Source: an uncultured Nitrososphaerota archaeon (GTDB lineage Archaea; Thermoproteota; Methanomethylicia; Methanomethylicales; Methanomethylicaceae). From it: a stretch of 64,000 nucleotides of DNA. Location of the stretch: NCBI GenBank assembly GCA_964617245.1, contig CAZTWF010000106.1:25811-89810 (forward strand), in the 5' to 3' direction. Every line of letters begins with the position of its first letter. The first letter of the stretch is position 1. Shown piece after piece: positions 1 through 10,875 of the stretch. Made by a program: the position numbers and the translations under genes. The notes beneath the pieces are model-generated. The model did not search any database. It saw only the letters and a list, made by a program, of their open reading frames with translations, and was not told the origin of the DNA.

Positions 1-1916
1 TCAACAGCAATATGAAATTGATATTTCTCCATTGCATCATCTACAATAACTATAGTATTTCTTAATTTTGCTAGAATCCATTTATCTATATCATTAAGTT
101 TAGTAATATCAATTTCTTTTTTAGCATCTCTTATAAATTGACTAGCAAATCTAACTGATGACCATATTTTTTGTAAAAAAGATTTTCCATGTTTTACAGG
201 TTCCCATTTAAATGGAAAATCAGAACCTAATGTAAGAGATAATAATGCCTGTCTTAGAGCATCTGCTCCATATTTCTCTATACCTTCTTCTGGCATTATT
301 ACATTACCCTTTGATTTTGACATTCTTGTTCCATCAGGTCCTAGTATATGACCATTTATAACTACATTTTTAAATGGACCTTTTTCTGTTATTATTTTAC
401 ATCTCAATATTGTATAATATAACCAAGTTCTAATAATATCATGACCTTGTTGTCTTAAGTCCACAGGATATGTTCTATTAAAAAATGTCTTATCTTCAAA
501 AAATTTAGTAATGATTAGTGGTGTAATACTAGAGTCTACCCAACAATCACATACATCAGAAGTTCCTGAGATATTTTTACTTCCACATTTTGGACAAAAA
601 TCAATAGGTGGCTTATCTTTTGTTGTATCTACTGGAAGTTGTTCTTTTTTTGGTGGAATTATAAATCCACAATTTTCACAATACCAAAATGGTATAGGTG
701 TTCCAAATATTCTTTGTCTAGATATTACCCAATCCCATTCTATATTATTAATCCATTCTATTAATCTTTGTTTCATATATTTTGGAATCCAATTCATCTT
801 TTCCTCTTCTTCAATCATCATTTCTTTAAAATCTTTAGATTTAATAAACCACTGATCTTTTATAATAAATTCAATTGGAGTCATACAATCTGATCTTTCA
901 ATATGAACTAAGACATTATGAAGAATCTCCTCTTCTTTAGTTATAAGTCCTAATCTCTTTAAATCTTCTACAATTTCTTTTCTTGCTTCTATAATACTCA
1001 TACCTGAATATTTACCAGAATTTATGATCTTTCCTTCTTCATTTATTGCTGTGATAATAGGAAGACTATATCTTTGTTGCCATCTTATATCTTGTTCATC
1101 TCCATAAGTACAGATCATTACAATACCTGTTCCAAAATTAGGATCTACATCATCATCCTCTAAGACTTTTACTTTATTTCCAAATATTGGAACTTCAACT
1201 TCTTTATTGATCAAACTTTTATATCTTTCATCATTTGGATTTATTGCAATTGCTACACATGCACTTAATAATTCAGGTCTTGTTGTAGCAATTTCTATAA
1301 ATTCATTATTAGTAATTTTGAATTTTATATAGTATAATTTACCTCTTTTTTGTATATATCCAACTTCAGCTTGTGAAAGAGCAGTTCCACATTTACTACA
1401 CCAATGAACTGGAAATTTCTTTCTATAGATTAATCCTTTTTCATACATTATTAATAATGTATATTGAACAGCTTTCCAATACTCTTTATCCATTGTTTTA
1501 TATTCAAATTGTTCCCAATCAGGCCTATATCCTATTCTTATCATTGCTTTCTTCATACTTTTAATCATATTATTTGTCCATTCTACACATTTACTTCTAA
1601 ATAATTCTCTATTTTCCTTTGGTATTCCTAATTTATATTGAACTTTAAGTTCTGTTGGAAGTCCTTGAGAATCCCATCCTTGAGGTAAAAGAACATCAAA
1701 TCCCTTCATTCTTTTATATCTTGCTATAGTATCATTTAATATACACCAATAAGCATGACCCATATGAAGTTCTCCAGATGTAAAAGGAGGAGGAGTATCT
1801 ATTACAAATACAGGTTTTCCATTATTTTTAAATTTGAAAACAGGATAATATTCTTTACTTAACCATATTTTTTGCCATTTTTCTTCAATATCTTTTGGAG
1901 AGTATACTTTTTCCAA
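1..1916 (-). CDS. valS: valyl-tRNA synthetase, N-terminal ~640 aa (3' part lies beyond window start)
   Basis: Reverse-complement translation gives a continuous ORF starting LEKVYSPKDIEEKWQKIW with class I motifs HMGHA and KMSKS; TTG start preceded by GGAGG; no stop before window edge. Confidence 0.85.
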   Translation of the reverse strand, partial: MEKVYSPKDIEEKWQKIWLSKEYYPVFKFKNNGKPVFVIDTPPPFTSGELHMGHAYWCILNDTIARYKRMKGFDVLLPQGWDSQGLPTELKVQYKLGIPKENRELFRSKCVEWTNNMIKSMKKAMIRIGYRPDWEQFEYKTMDKEYWKAVQYTLLIMYEKGLIYRKKFPVHWCSKCGTALSQAEVGYIQKRGKLYYIKFKITNNEFIEIATTRPELLSACVAIAINPNDERYKSLINKEVEVPIFGNKVKVLEDDDVDPNFGTGIVMICTYGDEQDIRWQQRYSLPIITAINEEGKIINSGKYSGMSIIEARKEIVEDLKRLGLITKEEEILHNVLVHIERSDCMTPIEFIIKDQWFIKSKDFKEMMIEEEEKMNWIPKYMKQRLIEWINNIEWDWVISRQRIFGTPIPFWYCENCGFIIPPKKEQLPVDTTKDKPPIDFCPKCGSKNISGTSDVCDCWVDSSITPLIITKFFEDKTFFNRTYPVDLRQQGHDIIRTWLYYTILRCKIITEKGPFKNVVINGHILGPDGTRMSKSKGNVIMPEEGIEKYGADALRQALLSLTLGSDFPFKWEPVKHGKSFLQKIWSSVRFASQFIRDAKKEIDITKLNDIDKWILAKLRNTIVIVDDAMEKYQFHIAV

Positions 1917-1947
1917 AAATTGTCCTCCTTAATGTTAAACTATTCTC

Positions 1948-2304
1948 TTATTTTTTAATCATTTCTCTTTCATCTATTGCTTTAATTGCTTTTAGTGCAA
2001 ATTCAGCTTCCATTCTATCTATTTCTTCTTCAAAATGTCTTACACCATTACGTTGAATTTCTTTTAGAACTTCTCTTATTTCTTTACCCCATCTTTTTTC
2101 AATATCTCTTATTTTTGCTATAAAGTAACTTTTAGAAAATCCCATGGTTTCTTCTACACATGGTGGAGCTTCAATATTTAAAATTTTACAAACCTCTATT
2201 AAAGCTAAACATATTGACGGATCTCTTTCAGCTGGACATCTATCTTCACAATAACTTTTAGCATATTTAATTATTCTTCTGAGGTCTGTCTCATCTATTT
2301 CCAT
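1948..2304 (-). CDS. hypothetical small Cys-containing protein
   Basis: 118-aa ORF with several Cys (CEDRCP, PPC); GGTGA upstream of ATG; no recognisable family. Confidence 0.4.
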   Translation of the reverse strand: MEIDETDLRRIIKYAKSYCEDRCPAERDPSICLALIEVCKILNIEAPPCVEETMGFSKSYFIAKIRDIEKRWGKEIREVLKEIQRNGVRHFEEEIDRMEAEFALKAIKAIDEREMIKK

Positions 2305-2535
2305 ATAAATTCACCTCTTTGGCCTCTGACTGTTCTTTTCTGCATCCTTTACTCTGCGAACTCGGCAAACTCATCATTGGCCATAAACAAAATACACAGA
2401 GGATAGAAATAAATTTTTTTAGTTAAATTTATTTTTTAATATATGGTGGGATCATGGGAGGAAGACAAAGAACTACTATACTAGAATCAATAAGTAAAGA
2501 AGAAAGAGGAGAGAAAAAAGAAAAGAAGAAATAGT

Positions 2536-3357
2536 ATGTCTTTAAAAAGAAATTATAATTTAACAATATGTATTCCTTCTTCTATAGTTTCTTTAGTTGA
2601 TACTCTTATTGAGAAAACCATACTTATTGGACAAATTGCTAGGACTATTTCCATCTACAGAGTAAACAGAATTTTAATTTATATGGATTCAGAAAAAAAG
2701 GATCTATTTTTCATAAAAGAATTATTAGAATATTTAGAAACTCCACAATATCTTAGAAAATATTTATTTCCTATAAGTAAAAATCTTAGATATGCTGGTT
2801 ATTTACCACCATTAAGAACACCACATCATCCAACAATAGACTCTGATATTGAATATAGAGAAGGTTTTGTAATAGAGAGTAATGAGAGAGGATCTATTGT
2901 AGATATAGGATTCAAGGAACCAATAACTTGTCCATATCCTCTTATACGTAATAAAAGAATTTCTTTAAAGAAAGAAAAGGAAACATGGATTCCAGTAAAA
3001 AAAGAAGAGATTCCATATTATTGGGGATATGAGGTAATTATAGATCTAAAGGGTTTACATAATCACTTAGTCAAATATAATTATGATTATATTATAGCAA
3101 CTTCTAGATATGGAAAACCAATAAATATAGTATTTAATGAAATTAAAAAAATGCTTCAACCTGGTAAAAATATAGCAATTCTATTTGGTTCTCCACGAGA
3201 AGGATTACATAATATTTTCCTTAAATATTCATTAAATCTTGAAGATTATTGTGATATTATAGTTAATATGGTTCCAAATCAAGGAACACAAACTATAAGA
3301 ACAGAAGAAGCTTTAATGATTTCATTAGCTATTTTGTCCTTTATTGATGAGATCTAA
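2536..3357 (+). CDS. putative SPOUT-class RNA methyltransferase (DUF171/COG2106-like)
   Basis: 273 aa; C-terminal ILFGSPREGL resembles SPOUT SAM-binding motif; conserved position upstream of rpl3 in archaea. Confidence 0.55.
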   Translation: MSLKRNYNLTICIPSSIVSLVDTLIEKTILIGQIARTISIYRVNRILIYMDSEKKDLFFIKELLEYLETPQYLRKYLFPISKNLRYAGYLPPLRTPHHPTIDSDIEYREGFVIESNERGSIVDIGFKEPITCPYPLIRNKRISLKKEKETWIPVKKEEIPYYWGYEVIIDLKGLHNHLVKYNYDYIIATSRYGKPINIVFNEIKKMLQPGKNIAILFGSPREGLHNIFLKYSLNLEDYCDIIVNMVPNQGTQTIRTEEALMISLAILSFIDEI

Positions 3358-3520
3358 AATATTTTTTAATTTTATCTTGTTATAAACAATATTTTCAAAA
3401 TCTATAGGTTTAAATATATAAATATTACAAGCTATAAAACTAATAAGATAAAATTTCTAATGGATAGAAATATATTTTAGTTTGTTAGCTTAGCGAATTA
3501 TAGCTAGAAGGGAAGATAAA
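3358..3520 (+). promoter_or_regulatory. AT-rich intergenic region upstream of ribosomal protein cluster; probable promoter (TATA-like TTTAAATATATAAATA)
   Basis: 163-nt non-coding gap before L3 with TATA-like runs; no experimental support. Confidence 0.3.
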
Positions 3521-4531
3521 ATGGGTCATAGGAAAAAGAAAGCTCCAAGAAGAGGCTCATTAATGTATTATCCTAGAGTAAGAGCTAGACGTATAACTGG
3601 TAGAATAAGGACTTGGCCAAAGATAACTGGTCCTCCACGTTTATTAGGTTTTGCTGGTTATAAAGTTGGAACAACTCATGTAGTTTTAATTGAAAATAGA
3701 CCTAAAAGTCCACTTTATGGAAAAGAAGTCATAAAAGAAGTAACTATTGTAGAAGTTCCTCCTATATTTGTATATGGTATTAGAGCTTATATTAAGACTA
3801 TAAAGGGATTAAAGACATTAACTGAGGTTTTACATACTTCACTTCCAAAATATGCTGAACGTATAATAACTATTCCAAAGAAGAAAGATTTTTCAGAAAA
3901 TATACGAAAAATAGAGGAAAATTTAGATAAAATCACTGAAATAAGAATTTTAGCATTAACTCAACCACATAAAAGTGGTTTAAGAAAGAAAACTCCTGAA
4001 GTGCTAGAAATAGCAATTGGAGGAAATGATATAAAGGCTATATATAATTATGCAAAAAATCTATTAGGTAAAGAAGTTAAAGCAAAGGAATTCTTTTCTG
4101 AGGGATTATTAGTAGATGTTATTGCTGTAACAAAAGGTAAGGGATTTGTTGGTGTAGTAAAAAGATTTGGTGTAAAGATTCTTCCAAAATGGCATAAACA
4201 TAGAAAAGGACATAGAGTTGTAGGTGCAATAAGTCCTGGTCATCCATCTATGGTATTTACTGTTCCACGTCCTGGAAAAATGGGTTTCCATCAAAGAACT
4301 GAATATAATAAACTTGTTCTTAAGATTGGAGAAAATCCATCAGAAGTTAATGTAGCAGGTGGATATTTACATTATGGATTAGTAAGAGGAGATTATATAG
4401 TAATAGCTGGAACAATTCCAGGTCCTCCAAAAAGATTAATAAGATTTAGATTAGCAATAAGAGCAAAAGAAAAACAATTACCACCTCCAAAAATTACAGC
4501 TATAAGCCTATCATCAAAACAAGGGGTGTAA
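3521..4531 (+). CDS. rpl3: 50S ribosomal protein L3
   Basis: MGHRKKKAPRRGSL N-terminus and overall similarity to archaeal L3; first gene of conserved cluster. Confidence 0.95.
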   Translation: MGHRKKKAPRRGSLMYYPRVRARRITGRIRTWPKITGPPRLLGFAGYKVGTTHVVLIENRPKSPLYGKEVIKEVTIVEVPPIFVYGIRAYIKTIKGLKTLTEVLHTSLPKYAERIITIPKKKDFSENIRKIEENLDKITEIRILALTQPHKSGLRKKTPEVLEIAIGGNDIKAIYNYAKNLLGKEVKAKEFFSEGLLVDVIAVTKGKGFVGVVKRFGVKILPKWHKHRKGHRVVGAISPGHPSMVFTVPRPGKMGFHQRTEYNKLVLKIGENPSEVNVAGGYLHYGLVRGDYIVIAGTIPGPPKRLIRFRLAIRAKEKQLPPPKITAISLSSKQGV

Positions 4532-4534
4532 AAA

Positions 4535-5305
4535 TTGTCAGTTGTTCCAATTTATTCTATAGATGGAAGTATTAAAGGAGAAATAAAATTACCTAGTATA
4601 TTTTTTGAAGATATTAGACCTGATTTAATAAGAAGAGCTGTTATTTCATCTATTACTGCAAGAATACAACCAAAGGGAAGAGATCCAATGGCTGGAAAAA
4701 GAACTACTGCAGAAAGTTTAGGAGTAGGATTTGATTTATCAAGAGTTCCACGTATAAAAGGAAGTATTCGTGCAGCTTTTGCTCCTTGTGTTGTAAAAGG
4801 AAGATTAGCTTTTCCACCAAAAACTGAAAAAATAATTCATGAAAAAATAAATAAAAAAGAAAGAAAACTTGCTCTAAGATCTGCTATTGCAGCTACTGCT
4901 ATTAGAGAATGGGTAATAAAGAGAGGTCATATAATTAAAGATGGTCTCTCTCTTCCAATAGTTGTCTCAGATGAAATTAAGAATATTAAGAAAGCAAAAG
5001 AATTTAGAGAATTTTTAATGAAATTATCCTTATGGGATGATGTTATTAGAGCAAAAGAGGGAATAAGAGAACGAGCTGGAAAGGGTAAACGAAGAGGAAG
5101 ACGATGGAAAAAACCAAAGAGTATATTATTAGTAACTGATGAATTAAATACACCATTAAGATTAGCTGCAAGAAATTTTTCAGGCTTAGATTATTCTGAT
5201 ATTCATTCTTTAAATGTAGAAATTTTAGCACCTGGAGGTCATCCTGGTAGACTTACTATTTGGACTGAATCTGCTATAAAAAAACTTGAGGAGGTATTTG
5301 CTTAA
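4535..5305 (+). CDS. rpl4: 50S ribosomal protein L4 (L1e)
   Basis: Position after L3; archaeal L4 features. Confidence 0.9.
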   Translation: MSVVPIYSIDGSIKGEIKLPSIFFEDIRPDLIRRAVISSITARIQPKGRDPMAGKRTTAESLGVGFDLSRVPRIKGSIRAAFAPCVVKGRLAFPPKTEKIIHEKINKKERKLALRSAIAATAIREWVIKRGHIIKDGLSLPIVVSDEIKNIKKAKEFREFLMKLSLWDDVIRAKEGIRERAGKGKRRGRRWKKPKSILLVTDELNTPLRLAARNFSGLDYSDIHSLNVEILAPGGHPGRLTIWTESAIKKLEEVFA

Positions 5306-5566
5306 ATGGATCCTTATGAAATAATCATAAGACCTGTATCTACAGAGTCTGCTCTTGAAAGAATAGAAAAAGAAAATAAATTAACATTTATTGTGAATCT
5401 CAAAGCAAATAAAAAAATGATAAAAGATGCTTTTGAGAAATTATATAATGTAAAAATAGAAAAAGTGAATACACTTATTACATCATCAGGTGAAAAGAAA
5501 GCAATAATAAAACTTAAAAAGGAGTATAGTGCTGCAGAATTAGCAACAAAATTAGGTTTATTGTAG
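5306..5566 (+). CDS. rpl23: 50S ribosomal protein L23
   Basis: 86 aa, conserved cluster position, L23 similarity. Confidence 0.9.
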   Translation: MDPYEIIIRPVSTESALERIEKENKLTFIVNLKANKKMIKDAFEKLYNVKIEKVNTLITSSGEKKAIIKLKKEYSAAELATKLGLL

Positions 5567-5575
5567 GTGATAAAT

Positions 5576-6286
5576 ATGGGAAAACGTTTATTGGTTCAAA
5601 GAAGAGGTCGTGGAACTTCTATATTTAAATCACCATCATGGAAACGTATTGGAGAAGTTCATTATCCTCCTATGACAGATTCTCCTACTGAATTTATTGT
5701 AAAAGATATAGTTCATGATCCAGGTAGAGGTGCACCATTAGCTATAATTAAAGATAATAAAGGCACAGAGGCTATTATAGTTGCACCTGAGGGTTTATTT
5801 GTAGGACAAAAAATCTCTATTGGTCCTACATCTTCAATTAATGTAGGAAATATTTTACCACTTAGAGATATACCTGATGGTACTCAAGTTTTTAATATTG
5901 AAGGAAGACCAGGTGATGGTGGAAAATTTGTTAGAACAGCTGGAAGTTATGCTACTATTATTTCACACTCTGGTAATAATGTATTAGTTCAATTACCATC
6001 TGGAAAAGTTAAATCTTTTAATGAATTATGTAGAGCTACAATAGGTATTGTAGCAGCTGGAGGTATAATAGAGAAACCATTATTAAAGGCTGGAGCAAAA
6101 TATTATAAATGTAAAGCAAAATCAATTAAATATCCTACTGTGAGAGGAAAAGCTATGAATCCATGTTCACATCCTCATGGTGGTGGCTCTCATCCAAAGG
6201 GTGGTACTCCTGTTGGTAGAACTGCTCCACCAGGACAAAAAGTAGGTATTATTGCACCTAAAAGAACTGGTAGGAAAAAGAGGTGA
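5576..6286 (+). CDS. rpl2: 50S ribosomal protein L2
   Basis: [13 protein letters not shown] start, GGGSHPKGG motif; ORF track start 5567 is GTG, ATG at 5576 preferred. Confidence 0.93.
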   Translation: MGKRLLVQRRGRGTSIFKSPSWKRIGEVHYPPMTDSPTEFIVKDIVHDPGRGAPLAIIKDNKGTEAIIVAPEGLFVGQKISIGPTSSINVGNILPLRDIPDGTQVFNIEGRPGDGGKFVRTAGSYATIISHSGNNVLVQLPSGKVKSFNELCRATIGIVAAGGIIEKPLLKAGAKYYKCKAKSIKYPTVRGKAMNPCSHPHGGGSHPKGGTPVGRTAPPGQKVGIIAPKRTGRKKR

Positions 6287-6290
6287 TAAT

Positions 6291-6686
6291 ATGTCTAGAG
6301 AATTTACATATAGAGGTTATAATTTATCACAATTACTCAATATGCCAATGGATGAATTTATTAAACTTCTTCCAAGTAGACAAAGAAGATCTTTAATGAG
6401 AGGTTTAACACCAGAACAAAAGAAATTAATTAAGAAAATAAGAAAAGTAAAAGCATTAGGAAAAAAAGTTGCTATAAGAACTCATTGTAGAGATATGATA
6501 ATATTACCAGAAATGGTAGGATTAACTATATGTGTTCATAATGGAAAGGAATTTGTTCCTGTAGAAATAATTCCAGAAATGATTGGTCATTATCTTGGAG
6601 AATTTGCTATTACTACTGCTAGAGTTATACATGGAGCTCCAGGACTTAAAGCAACAAGAAGCTCTATGTTTGTTCCACTAAAGTAA
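6291..6686 (+). CDS. rps19: 30S ribosomal protein S19
   Basis: [10 protein letters not shown]..., AGGTGA SD; ORF track start 6252 lies inside L2. Confidence 0.9.
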   Translation: MSREFTYRGYNLSQLLNMPMDEFIKLLPSRQRRSLMRGLTPEQKKLIKKIRKVKALGKKVAIRTHCRDMIILPEMVGLTICVHNGKEFVPVEIIPEMIGHYLGEFAITTARVIHGAPGLKATRSSMFVPLK

Positions 6687-6779
6687 TTATTTTTATTATA
6701 TGGAAGAATATTGAGATTATTTAAAAAACTTTTTATATTTCTCACAATTCTTTAGCTTGTAATATGTGGAAGTGGTTTA

Positions 6780-7256
6780 ATGCCTGAGTGGGGTTACTCT
6801 ATTCAAAATTATGATCCTGAAAGAATGGCAAAAGCTAGTGGTAGAGATCTTCATATTTCAACTAAAGAAGCTGTAGAAATATGTAATGTCATAAGAAATA
6901 TGAAATTAGATGAAGCTATTGAGTATTTAAAAAGAGTAATAGAGAAGAAAGAAGTCATACCGTATAGACGTTATAGAAAACAATTACCTCATCGTTCAGG
7001 TATTGGTGAAAGATTTGGTATTCCTACAGGTAGATATCCTATTAAAGCATGTAAAGCAATTTTAAAAGTTCTAGAAAATGCTAAAGTAAATGCTGAAAAT
7101 AAAGGTTTAAATATTGAAAATTTGAGAATTTGTCATGCAGCTGCACATAAAGGATTGAGGATAAGAAGTTATTTTCCAAGAGCATTTGGAAGAGTTGATC
7201 CTATTCGCCATCCATTAACACATGTAGAAATTGTTGTTGAAGAGGTGGGCAAATGA
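6780..7256 (+). CDS. rpl22: 50S ribosomal protein L22
   Basis: Similarity to archaeal L22 (ERMAKASGRDLHISTK). Confidence 0.9.
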   Translation: MPEWGYSIQNYDPERMAKASGRDLHISTKEAVEICNVIRNMKLDEAIEYLKRVIEKKEVIPYRRYRKQLPHRSGIGERFGIPTGRYPIKACKAILKVLENAKVNAENKGLNIENLRICHAAAHKGLRIRSYFPRAFGRVDPIRHPLTHVEIVVEEVGK

Positions 7257-7891
7257 GTATAGCTAAATATTTTATAAATAAAGCAATAAAAAATGCTTTA
7301 ATTGATGATTATTTACAAAAGGAACTTAGAAGAGCAGGATATGCTGGTGTAGATTTTCAAAGAACCCCATTAGGTAATAGAGTTATAATATATGCAGAGA
7401 GACCAGGCTTAGTAATAGGAAGACAAGGAGCTACAATTAGAGAATTAGCTCACATATTAGAAATGAAATTTGGACTAGAAAATCCACAAATAGCAGTAGT
7501 TCCAGTTCAAAATCCTGAACTTAATGCTAAAATTATGGCTAATAGAATTGCCATGGCTCTTGAAAGAGGAATTCATTTTAGAAGAGCTGCATTTGTAGCA
7601 TTAAGACAAATAATGGAAGCTGGGGCACGTGGTGCTGAAATAGTTATAAGAGGTAAGTTAGTAAGTGAAAGAGCTAGATATGAGAAATTTAGAGCTGGAG
7701 TTATTCTTAAAGCAGGAGAACCAAGTATGTATGCTGTTGATAAGGCTGTAACTCATGTTTTATTAAAGCCTGGTGTTTATGGTATAAAAGTTAAAATATT
7801 TTTACCAGTCCCTACTGTTGATGATATATCAATAGTAAGAGGTGAAGAAGTTGGCAATACTCAGAGTAAAGGAGATCAGGAGCATGAGTAA
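7253..7891 (+). CDS. rps3: 30S ribosomal protein S3
   Basis: KH-domain S3 signature; ATGA overlap with L22. Confidence 0.93.
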   Translation: MSIAKYFINKAIKNALIDDYLQKELRRAGYAGVDFQRTPLGNRVIIYAERPGLVIGRQGATIRELAHILEMKFGLENPQIAVVPVQNPELNAKIMANRIAMALERGIHFRRAAFVALRQIMEAGARGAEIVIRGKLVSERARYEKFRAGVILKAGEPSMYAVDKAVTHVLLKPGVYGIKVKIFLPVPTVDDISIVRGEEVGNTQSKGDQEHE

Positions 7892-8063
7892 AGAAGAAAG
7901 ATTAAAGAAGCTCTCTGAATTAAAAGCAGAGTTAATTAAGCTTAGAACTCTTCAGGCTATTGGTGGATCTTTAGAAAATCCTTCAAGAATAAAACTAATT
8001 AGAAAGACTATTGCAAGAATTTTAACTATAAATAGAGAAGAAGAATTGAAGAAGGGAGGATAA
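7884..8063 (+). CDS. rpl29: 50S ribosomal protein L29
   Basis: MSKEERLKKLSELKAEL...; overlaps S3 stop. Confidence 0.85.
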   Translation: MSKEERLKKLSELKAELIKLRTLQAIGGSLENPSRIKLIRKTIARILTINREEELKKGG

Positions 8064-8359
8064 TGAAGATTTCTCCAGATAATATTATTTATCATGATCT
8101 TATAGGACTTAAAGTAGAGATTATTAGTTCTACTGATCCTACTCAAATAGGAATATGTGGAACTGTAATTGATGAAACTAAAAATATGTTAATAATATTA
8201 AAAGAAGATGGGAAAATTAAAAAAATTCCAAAAAAGAATTGTAATTTTAAATTCTATATTCCTCAAGTTGTAATTGTTAATGGAAAAGATATAGCATATG
8301 ATCCTGCAGAGAGATTAAAGAGAATTCAGAGGAGGAGAGTTTATGTTTCAAAGTACTGA
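8063..8359 (+). CDS. rnp1: RNase P protein component 1 (Rpp29/Pop4)
   Basis: [16 protein letters not shown] matches Rpp29 Sm-like motif; conserved position between L29 and S17. Confidence 0.8.
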   Translation: MKISPDNIIYHDLIGLKVEIISSTDPTQIGICGTVIDETKNMLIILKEDGKIKKIPKKNCNFKFYIPQVVIVNGKDIAYDPAERLKRIQRRRVYVSKY

Positions 8360-8684
8360 AAAACCTAAAGTTTCTTGTTCTGATAAAAAATGCCCATTTC
8401 ATGGTAATATATCAATTAGAGGCAAAATATTAACTGGAAAAGTAGTAAGTGATAGAATGCAAAGAACAGTCGTAGTACAAGTAGATTACTTAAAATATTA
8501 TCCTAAATATAAAAGATATGCAAGATGTAGATCAAAAATTCATGCTCATAATTCTCCATGTATTGCAGCAAAAAAAGGAGATATTGTCAAAATAGCAGAA
8601 TGTCGCCCATTAAGTAAGACTGTATCATTTGTAGTTATAGAGAAAATTGGTGAAGGAGCATGGCAAAAAGAGGAAAAGGTTTAG
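8343..8684 (+). CDS. rps17: 30S ribosomal protein S17
   Basis: CPFHG..., S17 OB-fold signature. Confidence 0.9.
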   Translation: MFQSTEKPKVSCSDKKCPFHGNISIRGKILTGKVVSDRMQRTVVVQVDYLKYYPKYKRYARCRSKIHAHNSPCIAAKKGDIVKIAECRPLSKTVSFVVIEKIGEGAWQKEEKV

Positions 8685-9088
8685 CTGGAGGAATTACATA
8701 TCGTCCAGGAGTAAGTCCTGGATTACCAATTGGAGCATATCTTAATTGTGCAGATAATAGTGGAGCTAAGATATTACAAATTATTGGTATTCCAAAATTA
8801 AAAGGAAGATTAAGACGTCTTGTTTCAGCAGGAGTTGGTGATAAAGTTATAGTTACAGTTAAAGAAGGAAAACCTGAAGTTAGACATCAAATCTTACATG
8901 CTGTTATAATAAGACAAAGAAAACCCTATAGAAGAATGGATGGAACATGGATTCAATTTGAAGATAATGCTGCTGTAATAGTTACTGAAGATGGTGAATG
9001 TAAAGGAACTGAAATAAGAGGACCTGTTGCAAAAGAAGCTGCTGAAAGATGGCCAAGAGTAGCAGGTTTAGCTTCTATAATTGTTTGA
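8660..9088 (+). CDS. rpl14: 50S ribosomal protein L14
   Basis: L14 similarity ([10 protein letters not shown]). Confidence 0.93.
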   Translation: MAKRGKGLAGGITYRPGVSPGLPIGAYLNCADNSGAKILQIIGIPKLKGRLRRLVSAGVGDKVIVTVKEGKPEVRHQILHAVIIRQRKPYRRMDGTWIQFEDNAAVIVTEDGECKGTEIRGPVAKEAAERWPRVAGLASIIV

Positions 9089-9099
9089 GGTGAATTAAA

Positions 9100-9450
9100 G
9101 TGAGTAAACTTGTTATTCCACATCATAAAAGAATTAAAATGATGAAAGCTCCATTATCTAAAGAATTAAGAGAAAAATATGGTATTAGAAATGCTATTGT
9201 TAGAAAAGGAGATACTGTATTAGTTATGAGAGGAGATTATAAAGGACATGAAGGAAAAGTATTATCTGTTGATCCTTCAAAAATGAGAATTACAATTGAA
9301 GGTATAAATATTAAAAAAGCAGATGGATCTCTTCGTCCTGTATATATTCATCCATCTAAGGTTATGATAACAAAATTAGATCTAACTGATAAAAAAAGAA
9401 AAGAAAAAATTGAAAAACTTGAAAAGATGGAAAAAGGTGAAATGAATTGA
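9100..9450 (+). CDS. rpl24: 50S ribosomal protein L24 (KOW)
   Basis: KOW motif, cluster position. Confidence 0.88.
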   Translation: MSKLVIPHHKRIKMMKAPLSKELREKYGIRNAIVRKGDTVLVMRGDYKGHEGKVLSVDPSKMRITIEGINIKKADGSLRPVYIHPSKVMITKLDLTDKKRKEKIEKLEKMEKGEMN

Positions 9451-10181
9451 AAAAACATTTAAAAACATACCCTTCACCACGTTTTTGGCATATAAAAATA
9501 AAAGAAAGTGAATTTACTATAAGACCTTCTCCAGGACCACATCCATTAAGATTTTGTATTCCACTAGGAATAATTGTAAGAGATATTCTAAAATATGCTC
9601 TTACACTCTCTGAAGCAAAGAAAATACTTTCTGAAAGGAAGATTATGGTTGATGGAAAGATTAGAACAGATTATAAATTTCCAGTAGGATTAATGGATGT
9701 AATCCATGTAATTCCATCAGATGAATATTTTAGAGTCCTTCCACATCCAGTAAAGATCTTAACTTTATTTAGAATTCCTCCTGAAGAAGCCTCATATAAG
9801 CTTGTTAGAATTATTGGAAAGCGAACTGTTAAGAGAGGGCATATTCAATTAAACTTTCATGATGGTCGCTGTCATGTTATAAAACTCGAGGATCCTTTTA
9901 ATCATAATATTTCATATAAAATTTATGATAGTATGAAGATAAGCTTACCTGAAGCAGAAATTATTGACTATATCTCACTTAATAAAGACTCTATTGTATC
10001 TATTATTGGTGGAAGTAACATAGGTAAATATGGAAAAGTTTTAGAACCTCCAAAAACTAGAAGTCCAGAACAACTAGTAAAAGTAGCTTTTGATAGTACT
10101 GAGAAAGATATTATTCTTAAATACATATTCCCAATAGGAAAAGAAAGTCCATCAATAAAAATTGATGGAGAAGTGCTTTAA
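9447..10181 (+). CDS. rps4e: 30S ribosomal protein S4e
   Basis: S4e similarity, cluster position. Confidence 0.9.
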   Translation: MKKHLKTYPSPRFWHIKIKESEFTIRPSPGPHPLRFCIPLGIIVRDILKYALTLSEAKKILSERKIMVDGKIRTDYKFPVGLMDVIHVIPSDEYFRVLPHPVKILTLFRIPPEEASYKLVRIIGKRTVKRGHIQLNFHDGRCHVIKLEDPFNHNISYKIYDSMKISLPEAEIIDYISLNKDSIVSIIGGSNIGKYGKVLEPPKTRSPEQLVKVAFDSTEKDIILKYIFPIGKESPSIKIDGEVL

Positions 10182-10182
10182 T

Positions 10183-10713
10183 ATGTCAGATAAACAAGAA
10201 AATCCAATGAGAAAAATAAAAATTGGTAAAGTAGTAGTTAATATAGGCTTAGGTGAAGGAGGAGAGAAATTAGAAAAAGCTATGAAAGTTTTAGAAGAAC
10301 TTACAGGACAAAAACCTTGTCCAACAAGAGCTAAAAGGACTATAAGAGATTTTGGTATAAGAAAAGGAGAAAATATTGGTTGTAAAGTTACATTAAGAGG
10401 TAAGAAAATCGAAGATTTTCTAAGAAGAGCTTTAGAAGCAAAGAAAAATACTCTTCCAGAATCTTGTTTTGATAATTATGGAAATGTCTCTTTTGGTATT
10501 CATGAACATATAAGTATTCCAGGAACAAAATATGACCCATCACTTGGTATATTTGGAATGAATATATGTGTTGTATTAGAAAGACCTGGTTATAGAGTTG
10601 CTTTAAGAAAATATAAAAAATCAGAAATTGGTAAAAAACATAGGGTTTCTAAAGAAGAAGCTATTTCATATTTTACTGAAAAACTTAATGTAAATGTTGT
10701 AAGAGGGAGATAG
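10183..10713 (+). CDS. rpl5: 50S ribosomal protein L5
   Basis: L5 similarity (KIGKVVVNIGLGEGGE). Confidence 0.92.
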   Translation: MSDKQENPMRKIKIGKVVVNIGLGEGGEKLEKAMKVLEELTGQKPCPTRAKRTIRDFGIRKGENIGCKVTLRGKKIEDFLRRALEAKKNTLPESCFDNYGNVSFGIHEHISIPGTKYDPSLGIFGMNICVVLERPGYRVALRKYKKSEIGKKHRVSKEEAISYFTEKLNVNVVRGR

Positions 10714-10716
10714 TAA

Positions 10717-10866
10717 ATGAGTAAAGAAAGTGATAAGAAAGAAGTTAGAGTATGTAGACGTTGTGGATCAAAAGGAGGAGCACTTGTAAGAAAATATGGA
10801 TTACAAGTATGTCGTCAATGTTTTAGAGAAATTGCCAGAGCTTTAGGTTTTAAAAAATATATGTAG
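10717..10866 (+). CDS. rps14: 30S ribosomal protein S14 (type Z, zinc-binding)
   Basis: 49-aa [43 protein letters not shown] with CxxC...CxxC; below ORF-track size cutoff. Confidence 0.88.
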   Translation: MSKESDKKEVRVCRRCGSKGGALVRKYGLQVCRQCFREIARALGFKKYM

Positions 10867-10875
10867 GTGATTAAA

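Noticed and set aside
5567-5575. Upstream GTG/TTG alternative starts reported by the ORF track for several ribosomal genes (rpl2 here; also rps19, rpl5, rps8, rpoD, rpoN, rpl24e, serA-like)
   Set aside because: Downstream ATG codons match conserved protein N-termini and are preceded by GGTGA/AGGTGA at proper spacing; the longer ORFs run into upstream genes
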